From assembly GCF_000219355.1 (NCBI RefSeq), contig NC_015722.1, forward strand, positions 150,001 through 182,000: a DNA stretch of 32,000 nucleotides, in the 5' to 3' direction. Each line of letters opens with the position of its first letter. Position 1 is the first letter of the stretch. The notes beneath the pieces are model-generated. The model worked only from the letters and a program-made list of their open reading frames with translations. It had not been told where the DNA came from and did no database searches. This document shows, piece by piece, positions 20,441-28,237 of the stretch. The translations under genes were made by a program, and so were the position numbers. The DNA is from Candidatus Midichloria mitochondrii IricVA (lineage in GTDB: Bacteria; Pseudomonadota; Alphaproteobacteria; Rickettsiales; Midichloriaceae).

Positions 20441-20617
20441 ATGAAAAAGATTGTATTTTCTTTGATCGCAGGTGTTGCGGCTCTTTCAGTTGCTACTTCA
20501 GTTATGGCTGGTAATTCTAAAAGAGAAGAAGCCAGGAATGCTACTCCTGTCGAGCAGAGAGTAGATGATAAAGCTGCTCCAGTTGTTGATAAGACTGAAG
20601 CAGAAAAGAATAAATAA
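20441..20617 (+). CDS. Small secreted protein candidate (58 aa; below the ORF-track cutoff)
   Basis: Translation is MKKIVFSLIAGVAALSVATSVMAGNSKREEARNATPVEQRVDDKAAPVVDKTEAEKNK. It has a classic n-h-c signal peptide with a VMA-G cleavage-type site. AAGG sits 11-14 nt upstream of the ATG, and a hairpin plus T-run follows downstream. Confidence 0.5.
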   Translation: MKKIVFSLIAGVAALSVATSVMAGNSKREEARNATPVEQRVDDKAAPVVDKTEAEKNK

Positions 20618-20644
20618 TTATTCGCAAATAATTATTTTGCAAGG

Positions 20645-20672
20645 CGAGATTCTCTTTAGAGTTTCTCGTTTT
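20645..20672 (+). terminator. Putative rho-independent terminator after the mini-ORF
   Basis: CGAGA-TT-CTC-TTTA-GAG-TT-TCTCG followed by TTTT (20669-20672). The stem is interrupted by a T:T internal loop. Confidence 0.4.
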
Positions 20673-20743
20673 GCTGATTCGCAAGCTTTAGAAACACATC
20701 TAAAGTATTTTGTTTAATTTTTATATAATGTGTGTGGCGTATT

Positions 20744-21044
20744 ATGGAAACATCAGGACAAATAAGTTTATATGAAGTATTTTTAAAATTAAAAATCAAC
20801 CGAGGCATGTGAAGCTTTCTTTAAAGATTTGTGCACTCCTGCAGAGCTCAAAGCGATGAAAGAAAGATGGTTAGTGGCTCAGCTCTTGCATGATGGTAAG
20901 CTGTCTTATAGGCAGATTCATGATGAAACAGGAGTTAGCATCGCGACCATCACAAGGGTCGCTAGATTTTTATTTCATGAAAACAATGCTGGATATAAAT
21001 CTGTATTGCCAGAGAAAAAAAGTACAAAATGCAAAAAAAGCTAA
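20744..21044 (+). pseudogene. TrpR/YerC-YecD-family DNA-binding protein, frameshifted in an A5 run
   Basis: ATG 20744 gives METSGQISLYEVFLKLK, then runs into TGA at 20810. The +1 frame continues STEACEAFFKDLCTPAELKAMKERWLVAQLLHDGKLSYRQIHDETGVSIATITRVARFL... to 21044. Removing one A from 20791-20795 yields a contiguous ~99-aa protein that is colinear with the YerC/TrpR family (LCT..EL, ATITR HTH). Confidence 0.75.
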
Positions 21045-21396
21045 TAAATGATCTAGCTTCATTTGTTTTAATAGCAATCATTGCAAATAATTTTTGATGC
21101 ATAAGCATTTAAAATGCATGTGCGTGGTAGGCAGTTGGAAAAGTGTAGAACTTAATTGATTCTTGCTATGCTTGTCCGGTGTGCTTTGTTGTCTGAAGTC
21201 CATAAATGGTGAATATTATTGTTAAAATTGAAACAAGTGTAGATCATAAGAACGATCATATATAATATTGAAGTTTTTATTGATCTTGCTTTGTTGGAAA
21301 TTGGTATAATAATGAAATTTGTTTATGGGCTTTTTTAATTTTAGCCAAAGAATTTTAATTTAAATATAAAAGTCAAGATTAGAGGAAGCCACATGG

Positions 21397-22138
21397 GGCA
21401 TTGCCTAATGTTTATAGATAGGAGTTTCAAATCCAACAAATGCCTATGGAAGAAGAGAGTAAGAGTAGCGCAAAAGCATCCTCAGGAATTTGCTGTAGCG
21501 CTTCGTTCTTCGATTAAAACTAGCTGGATAATGCCTTTAAAGAATTCTTTGATTCTACAAATGAGGTCTCAGCCTTTGTTTTGTGATGGTGCGTGGAGAT
21601 TTTTATAGTATTCATAAACGCTGTAATCATCTGTACATGCTCAATTTATAACGTTCTTCCAAGCCTAAATGACAGGTTCAGGTAGGTTGCCTTACTCCCG
21701 TCACCTACTCAAAATCAATAATTTCACCCGCTCCTCTATCAACAGCAATCAATATAAAGGTGTACTCCCACTTCCATTCTTTGGTCTTTTTTTTAATATA
21801 TGTGTACAGCTCGTCAATCTCTAGGACCTCGATATCCTTAAGTGACTTTGTGCTGTTGCAGCTCTTATCTAACTTTTCTTGCACATAGCGTCCCCCCCCG
21901 TCTTTCGATCCATGAAGATATTTGGCTGTTATGGATTCCAGTCAGTCTCTCTATCGTCCTAATCCCGCAGTCCTCAAGATTAGGTTTTAAGTCTATCATT
22001 CATCGTGTATTTCTGTCGCTTATTACCTTCTCGGTAATTCTTTTTGCAATTCTTGCACCCTATTACCTCTTGCTGTCCCTATACCACACCATTCTTCACC
22101 TGCTCGCTGGAGCCGCAATATTTACACTTGACTATCAT
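21397..22138 (-). pseudogene. IS1-family transposase remnant (copy B)
   Basis: The minus strand from 22138 reads MIVKCKYCGSSEQVKNGVV, then a stop. The downstream IS1-like segments are shared with copy A and are again interrupted. Confidence 0.78.
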
Positions 22139-22208
22139 TTCTACTCCCCGTTTTACTACGAAGATATCACACCCTCTTATTGCCGTCTATAATTACCAGG
22201 CATTGCCC
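21397..22208 (-). mobile_element. Decayed IS1-family insertion sequence, copy B (~812 bp), inverted relative to copy A
   Basis: It aligns end to end with the reverse complement of 6608-7421, roughly 90-95% identity by eye with several small indels. Ends are GGCATTGCCTAATGTTTATAG (21397-) and ...CTATAATTACCAGGCATTGCCC (-22208). Confidence 0.85.
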
Positions 22209-22308
22209 TTAATCGCTAGAAAAACGAGCTTGTTGTATAGCTAACAAATCTGAGAAGAACACGTGTACATAAGTTAAAGAAGAGTTTAGGTCAATTGGTT
22301 TAACGAGG

Positions 22309-22941
22309 CTAGGCCGTACCAGAGTATCCAACTAGGTTGTGGTACTTTTCGATTCCAAATTTTTTGATTAGATCTTCCCACTTTGATTTAGAACGCTGAG
22401 AAAATAGTAGATCGATAGAGGCGGGCACCACAAACCAATTGTTTTCACTTACTTCTTCTTCCAATTGTGAAGGATTCCAAGCAGCTATACCTTTTGCGAA
22501 TAGCAATTTACTGTGACTTTTTCCAGAAATATATTCCTTTAAAAAAGCAACTATGTCTGTATACAGAGTTAGGTGCTGGTTTTCAGCAAAGCTTTTTTCT
22601 TGTTCTTTAGTCAAGCTCAAAACTACTATTTTATCTGAATACACCGGCCCGCCGAACAGAACTGGATAATTTCTCCTTCTAGAAGGAGAATATAATCTCT
22701 CCATCTGTTGGCTAGTAAGTCTATTTTTTTTAACTACTAAACTTTGAAAATCCTTAATATAGTTGTTGAGATCTGCTTCAGCAATTCTTCCTATTCTTTG
22801 ATTAATGATAACTCCAACTGCTCCGTTTTCATCATGCATACAAATATAAACCAGGGATTGTTCAAAATTCTGATCACTTATATATGGTGAAGCTACCAGT
22901 ACCTTACCCCCCAATGACTGAAATGCAGTCTCTAATTTCAT
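22309..22941 (-). CDS. YqgE/AlgH-family (UPF0301) protein
   Basis: GKVLVASPYISDQNFEQSLVYICMHDENGAVGVIINQ and LFGGPV match the family pattern. The tracked ORF begins at 22959, but the Met at 22941 avoids overlap with hemF. Confidence 0.82.
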   Translation of the reverse strand: MKLETAFQSLGGKVLVASPYISDQNFEQSLVYICMHDENGAVGVIINQRIGRIAEADLNNYIKDFQSLVVKKNRLTSQQMERLYSPSRRRNYPVLFGGPVYSDKIVVLSLTKEQEKSFAENQHLTLYTDIVAFLKEYISGKSHSKLLFAKGIAAWNPSQLEEEVSENNWFVVPASIDLLFSQRSKSKWEDLIKKFGIEKYHNLVGYSGTA

Positions 22942-22945
22942 AAAA

Positions 22946-23779
22946 TCACCATTTAGCATAAGGAGGCAACGACATTAAGACCGCTTCAGTGTTTCCATTT
23001 GTCATCAATCCAAACCTCGTTCCTCTGTCATATAGTAGATTAAATTCTACATATTTGCCACGTTTAATTAACTGAATCTCTTTATCCTCCTCTGTCCAAG
23101 GTTTATCCACTTTATTTTCAACTATTTTAGTGAAAATACTAGGCATAGCTTGTCCAATATTCTTATTAAAAGCAAAATCTTTCTCCCAAGCTCCTGTATT
23201 TAAATAATCATAGAAAATACCGCCAACTCCTCTGGCTTCATTGCGGTGAGGAAGAAAGAAATAACGGTCACACTCTTCTTTAAATTTTGGATAATAGGTG
23301 ACGTCGGTTTGATCGCAAACTTTTTTTAGTTCTTGGTGAAAAAAATCCTTTTCTTGCTCATCACGAAAAGCTGGAGTTAAATCAGTTCCACCACCAAACC
23401 AACATTTTTCTGTAACAATAAATCTAGTATTGGTATGAATTGCAGGAACAAATGGAGATTTCATATGGGCAACAATTGAAACCCCGCAGGCCCAAAATAT
23501 CCTGCTGTCCTCAGCTCCAGGTATTTCCTTGGCGAATTTTTCATTAAAGCTTCCAAATACTGTAGAGATATTGACTCCTACTTTTTCAAAAATGTCTCCA
23601 TGCATAATCGACATTTCTCCTCCGCCTCCACCAAGCCTGCTCCAAGCTTTGCGTTGGAACTTTTTATTGGTTCCAAATCTTTCTTCTATATTTTCAAACT
23701 GTTGACAAACGGAATCCCTTAAGTGGAAATACCAATCCCTAGCTTCTTTTTTACATAACTCTATATTATTGTACATCAA
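22946..23779 (-). CDS. hemF: Oxygen-dependent coproporphyrinogen III oxidase
   Basis: 277-aa ORF with WSRLGGGGGEMSIMHGDIFEKVGVNIS and GGIFYDY, characteristic of HemF. Confidence 0.92.
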   Translation of the reverse strand: MMYNNIELCKKEARDWYFHLRDSVCQQFENIEERFGTNKKFQRKAWSRLGGGGGEMSIMHGDIFEKVGVNISTVFGSFNEKFAKEIPGAEDSRIFWACGVSIVAHMKSPFVPAIHTNTRFIVTEKCWFGGGTDLTPAFRDEQEKDFFHQELKKVCDQTDVTYYPKFKEECDRYFFLPHRNEARGVGGIFYDYLNTGAWEKDFAFNKNIGQAMPSIFTKIVENKVDKPWTEEDKEIQLIKRGKYVEFNLLYDRGTRFGLMTNGNTEAVLMSLPPYAKW

Positions 23780-23793
23780 GTACTTACAAAAAT

Positions 23794-24470
23794 TTACTTC
23801 TCTATTCTATTTAACCAATATTTTATTTTTTCCAAGCCCCTATTTGAATATATTTGTTTTTTGTTTGCGTTACGCGGTAAATTCTCTATAGGATCAAACA
23901 AATCCATAGTATAATGTTCATAGGTTGAAAAGTTTTGCTGAGCACCAAGACTGGCGCACCAAGAGCGGTCTCAGTAGGAGAGGAGGGCTAAGTTCAATAT
24001 TCTGGTATCTCAAAAAATGAGCCATGAAAATCCCAGTAAGTAGTCCAATTGCAGCACTTTCTAGGTAGCCTTCAACGCCTGTGATTTGACCAGCAATTTT
24101 GATATTAGGATGGTTTTTTAGTGATAAGAAATTGTTAAGTAATCTTAGGACTATTAATGAAAGTTGTTGCGGTGCAATCCACTAAGTCTTGCGAATTCTG
24201 CATTTTCAAGACCTGGTATCATACGAAAAATTCTTGTCTGTTCTCCATACTTTAATTTAGTTTGGAATCCGACGATATTATAAAGAGTACCTAATTTGTT
24301 ATCTTGTCTGAGTTGTACCACGGCACATGGCCTCTCTCTACCCTTGGATCCTTTAGGACAACAGGATTACCAAAATAAATCGGGTCCAAAACGTAAAGTT
24401 TTTCTCGCCCTCTTCTCTTACAGCTGGCCGCTAGGCCGCCTCACAGCCGGCAAGCCCTGCACCTATTTTA
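23794..24470 (-). pseudogene. trmFO: trmFO (gid) relic: folate-dependent tRNA (U54) methyltransferase, 5'-truncated and frameshifted
   Basis: Minus-strand fragments lie in three different frames. They read [55 protein letters not shown](stop), [44 protein letters not shown], and KTFQPMN...LFDPIENLPRNANKK. They are colinear with the C-terminal half of TrmFO. No N-terminal FAD-binding half is present. The 5' limit is approximate. Confidence 0.75.
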
Positions 24471-24495
24471 TTGTAAAACTTTGCATCTATAATGT

Positions 24496-25104
24496 TTATT
24501 TCTTATCGACAGCTTCAGCGGTAGCATCAGAGGCCTCTTTTTCTTCAGCACGTCCAGAAATAGATAGAATAGCAAAATTATGTGGATCAACTGGTCTAAC
24601 TCCAGTAGGAAGCTGTAGGTCATTGATATGAAGATTTTGCCCAACTTCAAGGTTGGCCACATCAACGTCTATACTAGAAGGAATACTAGATGGATGACAA
24701 TAAAAGTTTATTGTACGCTGAGCAACGTTCATCACGCCTCCTTTCTTAATTCCAGGGCACTTATCATCATTAATAATTCTAACATGTACGGCAACTTTGA
24801 TTTCTGTATCTTTACCAACTTCTTGAAAATCAATATGTTCAGGGAAGTCTGTTACAGGATTGATTTGTACATCTCTTGGGATTGCTGTGATTTTTTTATT
24901 ACCTAAATGCAGCTCAACTAGCCTAGATTGAATATTTCCTTTAGAATATTCTTTGAAGAAGTCTTTAGCTACAAGAGATAACATCACATCTTCCTTACCA
25001 CCGTAGAGAATAGCGGGGATTCGATCATTTCGGCGCAGTGCACGAGCTGCCCCTTTACCTTCACTTTCTCTTATTTCTGCAGTAAAAACAATCATCTCTG
25101 TCAT
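24496..25104 (-). CDS. rplY: 50S ribosomal protein L25/Ctc (bL25)
   Basis: AEIRESEGKGAARALRRNDRIPAILYGG matches the bL25 N-terminus, and the long form has an acidic C-terminal tail. I start at the Met at 25104, because the upstream part of the tracked ORF looks non-coding. Confidence 0.9.
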   Translation of the reverse strand: MTEMIVFTAEIRESEGKGAARALRRNDRIPAILYGGKEDVMLSLVAKDFFKEYSKGNIQSRLVELHLGNKKITAIPRDVQINPVTDFPEHIDFQEVGKDTEIKVAVHVRIINDDKCPGIKKGGVMNVAQRTINFYCHPSSIPSSIDVDVANLEVGQNLHINDLQLPTGVRPVDPHNFAILSISGRAEEKEASDATAEAVDKK

Positions 25105-25416
25105 AGCTTTATTAACAATCAAATTTTTAATTATAAACCTAAGTGACACTACCAAGGTCGGTGGTGAATTGTACTATATGATTTAAAATAACGCAATATG
25201 GTATTTTGGTAAAAAATATCTCTTGTGATTTATAGGCAAGCCTTATCATAGTCTAAATTTGATAACTCATCATTAAGGGCATACTCCTTCTATAGGGAAG
25301 CGGGCAGAAGGAAATCTCACTTTTTATTAAATCCCACACTTATCGATTATTTACTATTTGTGAGAAACATTATAAAGTGCTATATGAAGCGGGTTAAATC
25401 CACCTCTTGATGTGTT

Positions 25417-26535
25417 ATGAAATCCACTTTATCTCCTAATAATACTTTTTTAAATATCAATTTAAACAAGATCCTAGAAAATTATAGGATAGTGGAAAAA
25501 CATCTAAAGAAGGGGTGTGAAGTGGGCGCGGTCGTTAAAGCAAACGCCTATGGATTAGGTCAAGAACAAGTGGTTCAAGCTTTATATCAAGAAGGATGTC
25601 ATAAATTTTGTGTTTCTAATCTTGATGAAGCATTACAAATTGAGCGAACTTTAGAGAAAGAGATATATCTTATGCATGGAATAGGGTCTATCGAGATGGC
25701 AGAGATTGCAAGGGAGGAGGGATTTATTCCTATGCTCAATCACTTAGAGCAAATAAAAATTTGGAATTTAATCGCAAAGGAAAAGAGTGAAAAATTAAAA
25801 GCTATTATACAAATAGATACGGGCATGGGGCGGTTTGGTTTGTCTAATACTGAAATTAAAAAATTAACAACTGACCCTGATCTGGTTTCTAATATTGAAA
25901 TTGATTATATAATGAGCCATATGTCATGTGCTGAACAAGAGAATCATCCGGCTACTGTTAAACAATTACAAGAATTTAAAAAATACTTAGAATTTTTCCC
26001 GGGCGTAAAAGCAACTTTTGCTAACTCTGCTGGAATATTTTTAGGAGAGGATTTCCATTTCGACATGGTAAGACCAGGGTGTGCACTATATGGTATTAAC
26101 CCAACTTCTTCTGAACTTAACCCCATGAATAGTGTAGTCGAGCTTTATGGATATATAGTGCAAAAGAGAATTATAGAGAAAGAACAATTTATAGGTTATC
26201 GGGCTCAATATAAAGCTACTCCTGGAGAAAAACTATTCGTTATCGAGTGTGGTTATGCGGATGGGTATGTAAGATCTTTAAGCAATAAAGGAATTTGCTA
26301 CGCGGAAGGGTATTTCTTGCCAGTCGTTGGGATTGTTAGTATGGATGCTATTATTGTTAATGCCTCTGCTTTACCGACTGCTCTATTTGATGAAATAACT
26401 CACATTGAGTTGCTAGGGGAGCACATAACAATTGATGATATTGCAAAGTATGCCAACACCATTAGTTATGAAATTTTGACTACTAGATTCGGAAATAGGT
26501 GTAAAAGATTTTATATTAGTGATAATAATTATTAA
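25417..26535 (+). CDS. alr: Alanine racemase
   Basis: 372-aa ORF with PLP-lysine motif AVVKANAYGLG and a C-terminal beta-domain with VSMDAIIV. Confidence 0.9.
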   Translation: MKSTLSPNNTFLNINLNKILENYRIVEKHLKKGCEVGAVVKANAYGLGQEQVVQALYQEGCHKFCVSNLDEALQIERTLEKEIYLMHGIGSIEMAEIAREEGFIPMLNHLEQIKIWNLIAKEKSEKLKAIIQIDTGMGRFGLSNTEIKKLTTDPDLVSNIEIDYIMSHMSCAEQENHPATVKQLQEFKKYLEFFPGVKATFANSAGIFLGEDFHFDMVRPGCALYGINPTSSELNPMNSVVELYGYIVQKRIIEKEQFIGYRAQYKATPGEKLFVIECGYADGYVRSLSNKGICYAEGYFLPVVGIVSMDAIIVNASALPTALFDEITHIELLGEHITIDDIAKYANTISYEILTTRFGNRCKRFYISDNNY

Positions 26536-26541
26536 TGTGCT

Positions 26542-27354
26542 ATGAATTTATTAATAAAGAGGTTTACGGGTGTGATAGGTATCAGCGTCATAGCTGCCAT
26601 TGGCTCTACCACTATTGAATTTATAAGGGGCCTTGGAAAGTTGGGAATATTTTTTGCTGAAATAATCAAGTCGCTTCTTCCCCTGAGATTTTATTGGCGA
26701 ATATTTTTGAAGCAGTTGATGGAAATTGGCTATTATTCTTTACCTGTAATTGGCCTCACCGCTATATTTACTGGAGCAGCACTTGCGTTACAAAGCTATA
26801 CAGGATTTGTTAGAATGAATGCAGAAAGCGCTATAGCTTCTGTGGTCGCCTTATCTATAACTAGAGAACTGGGCCCAGTCTTAGCTGGCTTGATGCTCTC
26901 TGGTAGGGTTTCTGCTTCAATAACCGCGGAGATAGGTAGTATGAAAGTTACGGAGCAAATAGATGCTTTGTATACCTTAGGAGCTAATCCAATACATTAC
27001 TTAGTGATACCAAGGGTAATAGCCGGTTTAATTGCCTTACCGTGCTTAGTATTAGTGGCGGATATAATAGGGATTTTAGGCGGTTATTTAGTTGCTATAT
27101 ATAAGCTAGATTTCTCAGCTCACGTTTACTTAACTAACACTATAAGTTTCATTAAATTAACTGATATTACTTCTGGGCTAATTAAAGCGGTAGTGTTTGG
27201 ATTTATTGTAACGTTTATAGGTTGTTACTTTGGGTTTCATTCTAAGGGTGGAGCGCAAGGTGTAGGGCATTCTACTACTTCTGCAGTCGCGGTTTCATCG
27301 ATCCTCATCCTGGTGATGAATTATATTACAACAGGATTACTATTTTCTTATTAG
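26542..27354 (+). CDS. mlaE: MlaE-type ABC transporter permease (phospholipid transport)
   Basis: 270-aa polytopic ORF with the typical MlaE C-terminus GGAQGVGHSTTSAVAVSSILILVMNYITT. Confidence 0.87.
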   Translation: MNLLIKRFTGVIGISVIAAIGSTTIEFIRGLGKLGIFFAEIIKSLLPLRFYWRIFLKQLMEIGYYSLPVIGLTAIFTGAALALQSYTGFVRMNAESAIASVVALSITRELGPVLAGLMLSGRVSASITAEIGSMKVTEQIDALYTLGANPIHYLVIPRVIAGLIALPCLVLVADIIGILGGYLVAIYKLDFSAHVYLTNTISFIKLTDITSGLIKAVVFGFIVTFIGCYFGFHSKGGAQGVGHSTTSAVAVSSILILVMNYITTGLLFSY

Positions 27355-27364
27355 AAGAGTTTTT

Positions 27365-28117
27365 ATGTCTAACAAAGTCAAAATATCTGTAAGGAATTTA
27401 AGTAAATCTTTTGATGAGAAAGTAGTGCTACGGCGGGTGAATTTAGAAATAGAAGAAGGCCAGTCTTTAGTTATAATAGGAGGCTCTGGAAGCGGTAAAT
27501 CCGTCTTACTGAAATGTATAATAGGGTTACTACAGCCAGATAGTGGGTCAAAGGTGTTTTTTAATGGTGATAACATTGCTTCAACCCACATAAAAAATCG
27601 TCAATATTTAATAGAAAAGTTTGGTATGTTATTCCAAGGAGGGGCTTTGTTTGATAGTTTACCAATTTGGTATAATATTTGTTTTCATATGCTACACCAA
27701 GGCTTGATAACGGTAAAAAACGCTAAAGCTCTGGCTGAACAAAAGTTAAAAATGGTAGGAATATCTTCTGAGGCGCTGAATTTATGTCCTGCTCAACTTT
27801 CTGGAGGTATGCAAAAACGGGTGGGACTTGCCCGTGCCATTGCAAATAATCCGGACATTATATTTTTTGACGAGCCAACAGCAGGACTTGATCCAATTAA
27901 TGCACAAAATGTTTCAGAGCTTATAGCTAGCCTTTCCAAGGAGTTAAATGCTACAACAGTTACCATAACTCATGACATGGTTTGCATGAAAAGAATTGCA
28001 AACAAAATTGCTATGATTCATTCTGGGAATATAGTATGGCAGGGGACGAAAGAGAATATAGAAAATTCTGGCAACTCTTCAGTAGATGCTTTTGTAAAAG
28101 CCGCAGGGAACTTTTAG
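27365..28117 (+). CDS. mlaF: MlaF-type ABC transporter ATP-binding protein
   Basis: Walker A GGSGSGKSVLLK, signature LSGGMQKRVGLARA, Walker B IIFFDEPTAGLDP. It lies adjacent to mlaE. Confidence 0.87.
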   Translation: MSNKVKISVRNLSKSFDEKVVLRRVNLEIEEGQSLVIIGGSGSGKSVLLKCIIGLLQPDSGSKVFFNGDNIASTHIKNRQYLIEKFGMLFQGGALFDSLPIWYNICFHMLHQGLITVKNAKALAEQKLKMVGISSEALNLCPAQLSGGMQKRVGLARAIANNPDIIFFDEPTAGLDPINAQNVSELIASLSKELNATTVTITHDMVCMKRIANKIAMIHSGNIVWQGTKENIENSGNSSVDAFVKAAGNF

Positions 28118-28237
28118 CTGAAAATAATAGGGCGTGCTTTTAACATAGATACTTGTGCAAAGCTACCTTCTTTATTTTCTATTATCTGAACTGTCATTGA
28201 ATTAAAATCATAGAAATAATAACTTGTCTCTATTAAA

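Noticed and set aside
21393-22192. Tracked ORFs 21393..21608 (71 aa) and 21842..22192 (116 aa) inside IS copy B.
   Set aside because: They are antisense shadow ORFs of the decayed transposase. They have low-complexity, hydrophobic composition and no family resemblance.
6608-22208. Reading the IS pair as a composite transposon carrying a 14-kb cargo.
   Set aside because: The cargo is essential single-copy housekeeping (rho, gmk, greA, miaA, tRNA and others). Both transposases are dead, and no target-site duplications frame the unit. An inversion substrate is the more sensible reading.
24296-24665. Tracked ORFs 24296..24631 (+) and 24468..24665 (-).
   Set aside because: The first is antisense to the trmFO relic and the 3' end of rplY. 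The second is an out-of-frame overlap of the 3' end of rplY. Neither resembles a known family.
25156-25416. Hairpin CCTTCT...AGAAGG (about 25286-25312) in the 310-bp rplY/alr divergent spacer, considered as a leader or sRNA element.
   Set aside because: The stem is only 6 bp, the T-run is about 10 nt away, and there is no supporting conservation or repeat evidence from sequence alone.
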